This document shows positions 39,563 to 48,729 of a stretch of 64,000 nt of DNA, piece after piece. Numbering within the stretch: the stretch's first letter is position 1; every line of letters begins with the position of its first letter. Source of the DNA: an uncultured Bacteroidaceae bacterium (GTDB taxonomy: Bacteria > Bacteroidota > Bacteroidia > Bacteroidales > GCA-2748055); contig CAYOSB010000002.1 of the NCBI GenBank assembly GCA_964406495.1, positions 5,044 through 69,043 on the forward strand, given 5' to 3'. The translations under genes and the position numbers were made by a program. The notes beneath the pieces are model-generated. The model was not told where the DNA came from. It searched no databases and was given only the letters and a program-made list of their open reading frames with translations.

Positions 39563-40594
39563 TCAGAGATCAATAAGCACCTTCATACTCCGGTCCCCCT
39601 GCGCATCAATATATTGATACGCCTGGAGGTATTCATCGAAAGAAAAATGCTTTGAGATCAGTGGTTCCAGCTTGATCTTCCCATTCGCGATCATTTCCGC
39701 TGCCGCGACATAGTCTTCGTGCCTGTACATCATGGATCCGAAAACATTCAGTTCATGTTCGCCCAGGTAAAACATGTTGACGACCGGGTTTTTAGCATAT
39801 ACACCGAGGATCACGATATCGCCACCTTTTTCCACGTTCGCCATTAACGCATCAAGCGATTCCTGGACACCCGCAGCTTCCATCCCGATCTGAAATCCCT
39901 CATCTCCGAAATAAGCCCGGGCACCCTCCGCAAAAGGCGTTTCCTTCACATTCAGCACCCCATCTATTCCACATGCCCTGGCTTTTTCCAGCCTGTAATC
40001 ACTTAGATCTGTGATCAATACTTTTTTAGCGTCCCGTGCTTTTGCAAATTGTGCAACCAGGTTGCCAATGGTACCCGCACCCGAAACCACCACATTTTTA
40101 CCCTTGATTCCCGTGGTCCGGCTGGTTGAATGCGCACCGACTGCCGCGGGTTCAATCATCGCTCCCTGGTCCAGTGAAATAGATTCCGGCAGCACAAGCA
40201 AACGGTCTTCAGGAACTAAAAAATACTCGCTGGCCACCCCGGGTGCCTGGAAGCCCTGCACTTTCAGTTCCTGGCAGGCATTGTATTGTCCCCTCAGGCA
40301 GGGACCGCACCTCCCGCATACCAATTGGGGCCTCGCGGTTGCTTTCATACCGGGTTGGACGCCTTTTACATTTTTCCCGACCGCTTCCACAATGCCGGCA
40401 TACTCGTGTCCCTGGACCACCGGGTAAGGTGTTGCCGGATGTGCTCCATGAAATACATGTACATCACTTCCACACACTCCTATTCTCTTAATTTGAAGTA
40501 ACACTTCATTTGGTCCCGGAGCCCCCGGGGGAGCAACATCTGCAAATTCAATCTGTCCCGGTTGTGTCATGATGGCTTGCCGCATATCAAACAA
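39563..40594 (-). CDS. Zn-dependent medium-chain alcohol/polyol dehydrogenase
   Basis: 343 aa. Motifs GVCGSDVHVFHG and GHEYAG, structural-zinc motif CGRCGPCLRGQYNAC, and Rossmann motif VSGAGTIG. Confidence 0.9.
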   Translation of the reverse strand: MFDMRQAIMTQPGQIEFADVAPPGAPGPNEVLLQIKRIGVCGSDVHVFHGAHPATPYPVVQGHEYAGIVEAVGKNVKGVQPGMKATARPQLVCGRCGPCLRGQYNACQELKVQGFQAPGVASEYFLVPEDRLLVLPESISLDQGAMIEPAAVGAHSTSRTTGIKGKNVVVSGAGTIGNLVAQFAKARDAKKVLITDLSDYRLEKARACGIDGVLNVKETPFAEGARAYFGDEGFQIGMEAAGVQESLDALMANVEKGGDIVILGVYAKNPVVNMFYLGEHELNVFGSMMYRHEDYVAAAEMIANGKIKLEPLISKHFSFDEYLQAYQYIDAQGDRSMKVLIDL

Positions 40595-40635
40595 TTATTT
40601 GTTAACCAATCTTTTTTTTTATGGATCCCAGGCAT

Positions 40636-42273
40636 TTAGCTAAAAATGGAGTACAAGACAATAAGCGTCACAACGAGTACTCCTGCCCAAACCCTGGGAT
40701 CCCGGGCTCCCATGAATTCATCACGTGCCAGGACTGCAAGCGGACTGTCCCAGGTGTAATTTTTTATCACCTCCGGGGAGGGTTTTTGCGTCAACCTGCT
40801 TGTGATGAAATATATTACCGTACACAACACAAATAACCACCATGCCTGCATCATGAACGGGATTCCCAGTCCGTTGGTAAGATACATGTACCCACTGATC
40901 GGTTCAAAATCCAGGCAGAAGGCTGCAATCCCCAGCACCAGGCCGGAAAGTAGCGTAATAAATGCAGCCTGCGATGTCCCTCTGCGTGAGAATACACCAA
41001 ACAGGAATACAACTGCAACAGGGGGCGCAATTGCAGAAGCGATTTTATTAATTGCCTCAAAAATACTTGAAAACTTGCCGCCCTGGGTCGACCAGGCCAT
41101 CGCCAACAGCATCACCGCAACAGCAGCGTATCTTCCAATGCGTATTTGTCGTTTATCGGATATTCCCGGCTGAATACGTTTTACAATGTCAACGGCCACC
41201 AAGGTTGCTGAGCTGTTCAATGCTGCAGCAATGGTACTCATTAAAGCTGCAAGCAGCGTAGCTGCCATCAAACCCTTCAATCCTACCGGTAACAATTCAC
41301 TGATCATCACCGGCAAGGCCATATTGGCATCGGTACCAATAATATCTTTGAACAGAACGTAAGCGATCACCCCCGGAAAAACCAGGATAAATACCGGCAG
41401 TATTTTCAAAAAGCCTGCCAGTACAGGACCCAATTGCGCATCTCGTTTCGACTTTGCCCCCAGGACCCGCTGGACAATCGTCTGGTCTGAGCACCAGTAC
41501 CAGAGTCCCAGGACAGGATAACCCAGCAGGCAGGCATACCAGGTCAGGCCTGTATCTCCCCCCAGGACCTCCAGGCTTTCCCTGGTATGCATTATTTTGA
41601 GTTGTCCAGGTTTCAGATTTGCTTTCAACTCGGCTATTGTATTGATTCCGTTATCCGACAAAGCAAATACAGCAAAACCTGTAAGTAAAATTGCTCCTAA
41701 TATCAGGATCACAGATTGTACGGTTTCGGTAACGACGACCGCCTTTAAACCTCCCAACACAGTATAAATCGTGGTGATGACAGAAATAACCAGGATCGAA
41801 GTCAGAACATTTATCCCAAAGAAGGTTTTAAAGACTACAGCACCCGCGTATAAGCTCATCCCGATATGTACAAACAGCGCACCGATAATGGCAATAAACG
41901 CCATCAGCGTCCGGGAGCGCGAATCATACCTTTTTTCCAGGAATTCGGGGAGCGTTGAAATCCTGCTCTTGAAGTAGAAGGGAGCAAAAATGAGGCCCAG
42001 CATGATCAAAGTAACCGCTGCCAGCCATTCAAAATTCCCCCAGACCAGCCCTTCATTGTACCCGGAGGCTGCCAGCCCCACCAGGTGGATGGTTGAAATA
42101 TTTGAAGCGAAAAGTGCTGCACCAACCAACAACCAGTTGAGTCCTCTTCCGGCCAGGAAGTAGCCTTCACTGGTCATCCGTTTGAATTTCACTGACAGGA
42201 TCCCGATGACAAGTATACCCAACAGGTAAATGACAATGATCGTCGAATCGATAATATGTATGCCTTGACTCAT
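40636..42273 (-). CDS. Sodium:solute symporter (SSS/SGLT family)
   Basis: 545 aa, polytopic and hydrophobic throughout. The N-terminal YFLAGRGLNWLLVGAALFASNIST is typical of SSS transporters. Confidence 0.9.
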   Translation of the reverse strand: MSQGIHIIDSTIIVIYLLGILVIGILSVKFKRMTSEGYFLAGRGLNWLLVGAALFASNISTIHLVGLAASGYNEGLVWGNFEWLAAVTLIMLGLIFAPFYFKSRISTLPEFLEKRYDSRSRTLMAFIAIIGALFVHIGMSLYAGAVVFKTFFGINVLTSILVISVITTIYTVLGGLKAVVVTETVQSVILILGAILLTGFAVFALSDNGINTIAELKANLKPGQLKIMHTRESLEVLGGDTGLTWYACLLGYPVLGLWYWCSDQTIVQRVLGAKSKRDAQLGPVLAGFLKILPVFILVFPGVIAYVLFKDIIGTDANMALPVMISELLPVGLKGLMAATLLAALMSTIAAALNSSATLVAVDIVKRIQPGISDKRQIRIGRYAAVAVMLLAMAWSTQGGKFSSIFEAINKIASAIAPPVAVVFLFGVFSRRGTSQAAFITLLSGLVLGIAAFCLDFEPISGYMYLTNGLGIPFMMQAWWLFVLCTVIYFITSRLTQKPSPEVIKNYTWDSPLAVLARDEFMGARDPRVWAGVLVVTLIVLYSIFS

Positions 42274-42460
42274 TTTTAAAATCTATCAGGGGAGGTTATC
42301 TAATCCGGTATGTCCATATTTTTTTCTGAAAAAAAATACAATAATTTTTTGGAGCTTTTCTGACCTGTTCAAAAGTTGGATGATGAACATAGAAAACCAC
42401 AGGGGCTGTATTTACTTTCATGATCGGAAAGAGCCACATACCCGTTGCTGGTTATGGTTG

Positions 42461-43915
42461 TTATTGATCCCAGAGCCGGTACGGATCATCATATTTCTTC
42501 ATTTGATCCAATAAGAGTGCTTCCATTTCCGCCAGCTTACCTGCATATTCGGCCTGACCTGCCAGGTTGGTTTCCATCTCGTCTGACCTGTTGTGCTCCG
42601 ACAAGAACTCGTGCGGATTTTCGGCGAGGTTGAAGAGCTGGGTCTCCCTGATCGTGCCATCCATGACATCGTATTTGATCAATTTCCACTCGTCTTTCTT
42701 TACACACCGCATACCCGGTTTGGTTCCCCCGCAATACACACCATACATCACATCCCTTACCGATTCCTTCTTTCCTTTCAAGACCGGCGCAAAACTTTTT
42801 GCGTTTACCGTGGCAGGAATTTCAATACCTGCAAGGTCACATAAAGTCGGAAGAATATCCGAAAGATAGATGTTCCCCTCTACGCGCTTCCCGGCCTTTA
42901 TTCCGGGACCTTTCACAATAAACGGAACCCGCCAGGTGTGCTCGTACAGGTTTTGTTTCCCCATCAATCCGTGCCTGCCAATCGCGATGCCATGGTCAGA
43001 GGTATAGATTATATAGGTGTTATCAAGCTCATCCATCTCTTCCAATTTGTTCAGCACCTTCCCGAGCTGAATGTCGATATTTTCGGAGCAGGCAAATTCC
43101 CGCCCCACTTCATTGCGGACGGTTTGTTCATCCCTGTTTTTCCAGACCCCGCTCACTCTTTCCTCATCTCTGAGATTGGGATGTCCGTGGAAAAATGGAT
43201 GTTCAGGAAGATAGTTCACAGGTAATGGAGGCTGTTTCGGATTCGCCGGGGGAAGGGTACTGGTATCCGTGTGATTAACGGCCCCGTATTTGGCGAGCAA
43301 TTCAGGTGTTCCATCACGGGTATCGTGGGGATGAGAAAAACCAAAGTAAATAAAGAAAGGATCCGTGTCCTGGCTGCTTTCCCTGTCTTCCAGGTAATTC
43401 AATACCTGCTTTGCATGCCATGCGCTCCCTGTTTCTTCGGTACCCCCTCTTTTTGTAGCATCATGAACCACTGTAAACTGACTGTTCGCCGCGGGATAGG
43501 AATTTCCTATTTTGCAGGTGCGCATCGTACTGTACCCGGCCCTGTTAAACACTGCGCCAATGGTATACAATTCCAGGCTGTCAGGAAGATTCGGATCCCG
43601 GTGTTTTTCATTTCTTGAGGGCAGGTGCCACAGGGTACGTCCACTCATGACCATATGCCGGGAGGGTCTGCATACTGCACCACTGAATGATCCCATGTGA
43701 CGGGCACTTTCAAATACCATGCCTTCGGCTGCCAGCATATCAATATTCGGAGATTCCAATACGGAACGAGGGTTATAGAATTTAAAATCAAATGGCGACT
43801 GATCATCCACGATTACAAATAAAAAATTCGGGGGTTCTTTTCGGGATTGATCACATGCTGAAACCAGGATCGATAGCAGTAGTGGCAGGAAAAGTAACTT
43901 TATTTTTTTCATCAC
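42461..43915 (-). CDS. Sulfatase (Cys-type)
   Basis: 484 aa. Lipoprotein signal ILVSACDQ. Motifs PNFLFVIVDDQS and GAVCRPSRHMVMSGR. Confidence 0.9.
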   Translation of the reverse strand: MMKKIKLLFLPLLLSILVSACDQSRKEPPNFLFVIVDDQSPFDFKFYNPRSVLESPNIDMLAAEGMVFESARHMGSFSGAVCRPSRHMVMSGRTLWHLPSRNEKHRDPNLPDSLELYTIGAVFNRAGYSTMRTCKIGNSYPAANSQFTVVHDATKRGGTEETGSAWHAKQVLNYLEDRESSQDTDPFFIYFGFSHPHDTRDGTPELLAKYGAVNHTDTSTLPPANPKQPPLPVNYLPEHPFFHGHPNLRDEERVSGVWKNRDEQTVRNEVGREFACSENIDIQLGKVLNKLEEMDELDNTYIIYTSDHGIAIGRHGLMGKQNLYEHTWRVPFIVKGPGIKAGKRVEGNIYLSDILPTLCDLAGIEIPATVNAKSFAPVLKGKKESVRDVMYGVYCGGTKPGMRCVKKDEWKLIKYDVMDGTIRETQLFNLAENPHEFLSEHNRSDEMETNLAGQAEYAGKLAEMEALLLDQMKKYDDPYRLWDQ

Positions 43916-44041
43916 ATTTACTTCGTTTTACTCTGTTATGTGGAATAAAAATAGTATTAATCTGACAAAAAAACAGGTACATTCCCGTTTTTACGAAAAC
44001 AGGGCTGCGTTTCTAACGGTCAGCTAAATTCGCCAGGGAAT

Positions 44042-45496
44042 TTATCTTGTTGATTCATTTGCCCGGATACTATCCAGCTCCTCCAACAGTTGACTTGCGA
44101 TCTCCGGGTGTTCTTCAAACAGGTTTTTGCTTTCTGCAGGATCATCCGACAAGTTGTACAATTGTGGCCCAGTTATGCGTATTCTTTCTTTTCTTGCCTC
44201 GGGTAGCTCTTCAGGCAACCAGTCATCAATGTATTTCCATTCGCCCATGCGCAATGCCTGCATCCCGTGCATGTCGGCAGTAACAATCGACTTCCTCGGT
44301 GTGGTTTCCTTCTTGCCCATCAGGGCGTTGTAGAAACTGTGGCTGTCAGGCGCCACATTCATATCCCGCGGTAAACCATCACCTGTGATGTCGGCAATGG
44401 TGGCAAATACATCCATCACACCAATGATGTCGTCTGATGCAGTGCCAGGCTGCACCTTGCCTTCCCACCAAACGATGAAAGGTACCCGGGTTCCTCCTTC
44501 CCAGATGGTATGTTTGTCTCCGCGGAGGTCGCCATTGATTTTCAAACCGGCATTAATAGCCTGGATCTCCGGAGCTTCGGGCCTGTTACCCGGTATTTCC
44601 CCTCCATTGTCGCTTGTAAAAATGACGATTGAATTCTTTAACAATCCCTTATAGGCCAGCGTTTCAAGAATTTTTCCGACACTCCAGTCCAGGTCCTGTA
44701 TAAAATCACCATAGGGTCCGCAATTGCTCATTCCCCGCATATAATTGGAAGGAGTAATGGGATGATGTACCGCTACAGGGGCAAAATAAAGGAAAAATGG
44801 TGTTTCACTGCTTTGCAGCGACAGCCAATCCAGGGTCTTCTCGGTCAGCACCTCCATGGTCTCAGTATTGAACCGCTGGGGAGCGTCAAAGCCATAATAC
44901 TGCGGGCCGTAAAAGGTCCGCGAATAAGGTTCTATTTTATCGCTACGTATCCCGTAGATATGGTCATTCTCTATATACACCCCCATTTTATCACCATGGT
45001 TCTGGGGCACCCCAAAATGATAGTCGAATCCCAGGTCCAGTGGCCCGGGCTTCAGGATACCGGTGTACTCCTCAAGTGTACCTGTTGTTCCATACCCCAG
45101 GTGCCACTTGCCTACCGCGGCAGTATTGTACCCGAGCTCCTTTAGCCAGTCAGCGATGGTGGTCCTGTCAGGATCAGGCAGCAATGGACTTTCCACTCCC
45201 CAAACACCATATTTAAGTTTCGATCGCCAGGGGTAGCGTCCGGTAATAAAACTGTACCGGGTGGGTGTACAGACGGATGCAGCGGTATAGGCACTGGTAA
45301 ATTTCATGCCATTTTCCGCGATTTTGTCAATATGCGGGGTGCGCACCAGGTCTTCATCAGCTCCATATGAGTTCAGGCTGGTATATCCAAAATCATCTGC
45401 CAGGATGAATATCACGTTGGGGCGGTCCTGTGCGTTGGTCAAAATGCTGCAGCAAAGCACGACAGTAAAAATCAATATTAAGTTTAAATGTTTCAT
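44042..45496 (-). CDS. Arylsulfatase (Cys-type)
   Basis: 484 aa. Motifs PNVIFILADDFGY, AASVCTPTRYSFITGRYPWRS and GKWHLG. Confidence 0.95.
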   Translation of the reverse strand: MKHLNLILIFTVVLCCSILTNAQDRPNVIFILADDFGYTSLNSYGADEDLVRTPHIDKIAENGMKFTSAYTAASVCTPTRYSFITGRYPWRSKLKYGVWGVESPLLPDPDRTTIADWLKELGYNTAAVGKWHLGYGTTGTLEEYTGILKPGPLDLGFDYHFGVPQNHGDKMGVYIENDHIYGIRSDKIEPYSRTFYGPQYYGFDAPQRFNTETMEVLTEKTLDWLSLQSSETPFFLYFAPVAVHHPITPSNYMRGMSNCGPYGDFIQDLDWSVGKILETLAYKGLLKNSIVIFTSDNGGEIPGNRPEAPEIQAINAGLKINGDLRGDKHTIWEGGTRVPFIVWWEGKVQPGTASDDIIGVMDVFATIADITGDGLPRDMNVAPDSHSFYNALMGKKETTPRKSIVTADMHGMQALRMGEWKYIDDWLPEELPEARKERIRITGPQLYNLSDDPAESKNLFEEHPEIASQLLEELDSIRANESTR

Positions 45497-45673
45497 TTTT
45501 TTATATTTAGTTCTAAAAATTAAGTAACAGCTTTATGTTTTTTATTGTATTCCGGGTCGTTAATTTTCTCTGTTGATTGACGGGTCTAATGGTAAACTAT
45601 CATATTGTCAAATTCGTTCAATTCAGACAAAAGCAGGCACTTATGAGGTTTCATTGACAATGCTTTTTTTGAT

Positions 45674-47854
45674 TCACCCTGCTTTGGCTATTTTTATATC
45701 CTCAGCCACCCATTCAGTGATTTTCACCCAATCGACATATCCAACCCTGTTGGTCCACAAAGGATTGACATTTTGCTGAAGTGCATTATCAACATATATT
45801 TTCCAGGCTTCTAATGCATTTTCCAGATCTGAAATTGCTGCTTCCTGGTAAGTCTTGTCTTTTGTCTCTCTGAAAAGCGCCAGGTTCGTGGAACCGGAGA
45901 TCTTATAAGCATAGTAATTACCCAGTGAAGCCATTGTTCTTATATCCTGCAAAGTGTATTTTAATTCCTGGTTATCTTCCGGATTCATCGTTTCAATTAT
46001 ACGGAGCGCTTTCTGAGCGCGCTCGCTTAACATCTCTGATACTTCGAAAGGAGATTTTAGATCTGTGGTATTACCTTTAATCTTCATTGTGACAAATTCC
46101 GGTATAGACTGAAAGCCTGCTTTTTTGTGTGTTCCGAGACTAATGAAGCGGTTGACATCGTGAAAACCAGTCTTATTTCGCGCATAACCAGCCCTGCTTT
46201 TGCATCCTTCGATGTACCATTGAAAATCGAGTGGTCCCCAATGAAAGCCTGTCGTAATCGGATAGATCATTGAAGCTTCCTGCCATGCTGTAAATAATTT
46301 TTGTGCCTCGACTTCAGGGTAACGAAATTGTAATAATTGAATGAACCGTTCATTTGAAAGTTCGGGATTATACCCCAGTCTGCCCCAGATCATCCAATGG
46401 TACCAGTGTTTGACCACCTCCAACTGGCGCGGTTCCATTGCCTCCTTCATTAGAAACTCTCGGCCCCATACCCATTGGTCAGAACCATAGTAAAAACCTC
46501 GTGAAACATCATAAGGAATATTTTGAATAAACTCCCTTACAAAATCAGGCGCACCCCAGCGGAAATAGTAATTATCATCATTTCGCAGGGTCCAGATAGT
46601 TTTCATGCCCTGGATCTCCTCGACAAATCCATGATGGTATGGTTGTTCAGTGGCGCTCATCACATGCGCCTTTGCATATTTAAAACTAAAAATGAATTCA
46701 ATGTTGTTGTGCTGGACCAGGGGGGCGAATTTTTCAGCAATATCGAGTGCTCCGGTCTGGTGCTGCCGGTGGATGAATGTGAATTTCCTGTCCGGCATTT
46801 CGGCTGCGGCATCAAGTAAACCCATGGCATAGGTATCAAAGGCCCAGTCTTCCTTTTCCTCTACACTGGATCCTTTCATATTCTCACCAGTAGTGAGCCC
46901 GATCCCTGCCAGGTCGGGATAGGTCAGGAACATCTGCTTTACACTTTTTCGAAAATAATCGCGTGTTACCGGATTATCAATATCATCGGTGATACCGTTT
47001 TTTCCTTCTGTACCATTCATAAAAATATTCCACGTAATAACATAAAAATCAACATTGCGCTCTTTTCCATATTGCATCACCTTCTGCCAGAAACTAATTT
47101 TTTCATCGATACTCATCTTTATCAAAGTTTCCGTATTGCCCAGAATTTCAGGAGCATCATATCCGGTTCCACTCAGATTATAATGTTCTTTCCAGTCAAC
47201 GGTAGAACGTTTCACATCACTGAGCGCAATCTCCTCGTAACCCGGCACTTTGACAAGCGAAGGGAACGGATGTAGGCTCCATAGTGAAATGAAATTGAAG
47301 CGGTATCGCGCCATTTGGTCGATGTATGCTTTCCAGAAATCAAAACTCCACATCTCAGGAATGTTCTTCTGGGCAGCATCACACGCGTCGGTATAGCTCG
47401 GGGTGCGCACATCCAGTGGGATATTAAATTTGGTGCCCCGCATCTTCATATAAGGATCCTGGGATTGGTTGGTGACATCGTCAAAGCCGAATATCCGGAT
47501 CTGTTCGGCAAGTTCCAATCCTCCGTACATTGCGCCCGCGTCATCTGTGGCTGTTATAATAATATTATCCTTCTCCCTGGCAATGGTAAATCCTTCGGCT
47601 TCGATCGATTCCAGCCCTGGTTGAACAGAAATAATAATATCCGCCTGTTGTACATCGTCTACAATTAACTTAATTCCCCGTTCAGAAAAAGAAGATTTGA
47701 TTTCCTGCAAGGCAAATTCAATTTGTGGACTGTCAGTATACGCACCAGCAGAAATTACAATGTGTCCCGCCTGCTTATCGCAACCTGTGATTAACAGAAG
47801 TACAATACCGATATGTGATAAAAGCTTAATAAACCAAGGAATTCCTGTTCTCAT
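45674..47854 (-). CDS. Uncharacterised glycoside-hydrolase-like lipoprotein (GH20b/GH67N-like N-domain plus putative TIM barrel); paralog of 53653-56508
   Basis: 726 aa. Lipoprotein signal LLITGCDK. The block [20 protein letters not shown]...[66 protein letters not shown] is shared with the 951 aa paralog. I could not place it in a named CAZy family. Confidence 0.75.
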   Translation of the reverse strand: MRTGIPWFIKLLSHIGIVLLLITGCDKQAGHIVISAGAYTDSPQIEFALQEIKSSFSERGIKLIVDDVQQADIIISVQPGLESIEAEGFTIAREKDNIIITATDDAGAMYGGLELAEQIRIFGFDDVTNQSQDPYMKMRGTKFNIPLDVRTPSYTDACDAAQKNIPEMWSFDFWKAYIDQMARYRFNFISLWSLHPFPSLVKVPGYEEIALSDVKRSTVDWKEHYNLSGTGYDAPEILGNTETLIKMSIDEKISFWQKVMQYGKERNVDFYVITWNIFMNGTEGKNGITDDIDNPVTRDYFRKSVKQMFLTYPDLAGIGLTTGENMKGSSVEEKEDWAFDTYAMGLLDAAAEMPDRKFTFIHRQHQTGALDIAEKFAPLVQHNNIEFIFSFKYAKAHVMSATEQPYHHGFVEEIQGMKTIWTLRNDDNYYFRWGAPDFVREFIQNIPYDVSRGFYYGSDQWVWGREFLMKEAMEPRQLEVVKHWYHWMIWGRLGYNPELSNERFIQLLQFRYPEVEAQKLFTAWQEASMIYPITTGFHWGPLDFQWYIEGCKSRAGYARNKTGFHDVNRFISLGTHKKAGFQSIPEFVTMKIKGNTTDLKSPFEVSEMLSERAQKALRIIETMNPEDNQELKYTLQDIRTMASLGNYYAYKISGSTNLALFRETKDKTYQEAAISDLENALEAWKIYVDNALQQNVNPLWTNRVGYVDWVKITEWVAEDIKIAKAG

Positions 47855-48001
47855 TTTTTCAATTTAATGATTCAAATTCAATTTTTCATGTATACTTTCA
47901 ATTCCTGCTCATGCAGAATTTTCCGGATTAGTTTCGTGAGGAGGTTACGGGATTCATTTGCGCTATTTCACTGGCGCCCTGGTATCTGCATTTATTACAT
48001 C

Positions 48002-48691
48002 TTATAATCTCAATATCTTTACATTCCTGTACCACACCTCGTAGCCATGATTTTGTAAATCGATATGGCCAAAGGGCGATTTTCCAAAGAAGGGATTATT
48101 TTTCCATTTTGAGTCGGCAACCTGCTGCTCCCAATCCTCCGAATACATCTGGCATTGCATCACGATCACGCCATTGACCCAGTGGGTCACCAGGTTATTG
48201 GAAATCCTTATTCTGCCTGAATTCCATTCCATGGCAGGATTCACAACCTTGTCCTCTGATGTGGGATATACATCGTAAAGGGAACCTGTGGATGTTTTAT
48301 CGAATACACCCGGGTCGTCAAAAACCTGGTATTCTGGTCCTGTAATATAGGGCCTTCTCCACTGAACTCCTTCCCGGGTTCTGTAAATAACTCCACTGTT
48401 TCCTTTTTCTTCGATTTTCCATTCGAATTTCAGATCAAAATCGGCAAAAGCCTCAACCGTCATCAGGTCATCTCCACCTTTTTTACCATCGCAGTAGATC
48501 GCATTTTCCTTTACGGTCCAGGACTTCGGAGCGTCTCCGTTATAGGCCTTCCATCCATCCAGGGTCTCACCGTTAAACAGGTTAATCCATCCCGTGGCAA
48601 ACTCCTCCGGAGTCAGAGTATTCTCTTTTTCCTGGGAAAAAACAGTTAAGTGAAAAACCAAGAATGCTGAGATCATCAGTATGTGCTTCAT
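48002..48691 (-). CDS. Secreted DUF1080 (3-keto-disaccharide-hydrolase-like, concanavalin-fold) protein
   Basis: 229 aa with a signal peptide. Motifs WINLFNGETLDGWKAY, WTVKENAIYC, NSGVIYR, EYQVFDD, and HIDLQNHGYEVWYRNVKILRL at the C-terminus. Confidence 0.85.
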   Translation of the reverse strand: MKHILMISAFLVFHLTVFSQEKENTLTPEEFATGWINLFNGETLDGWKAYNGDAPKSWTVKENAIYCDGKKGGDDLMTVEAFADFDLKFEWKIEEKGNSGVIYRTREGVQWRRPYITGPEYQVFDDPGVFDKTSTGSLYDVYPTSEDKVVNPAMEWNSGRIRISNNLVTHWVNGVIVMQCQMYSEDWEQQVADSKWKNNPFFGKSPFGHIDLQNHGYEVWYRNVKILRL

Positions 48692-48729
48692 AAGTATAAA
48701 TTTTAGTTGATTTGAATATGATTTTAAGT

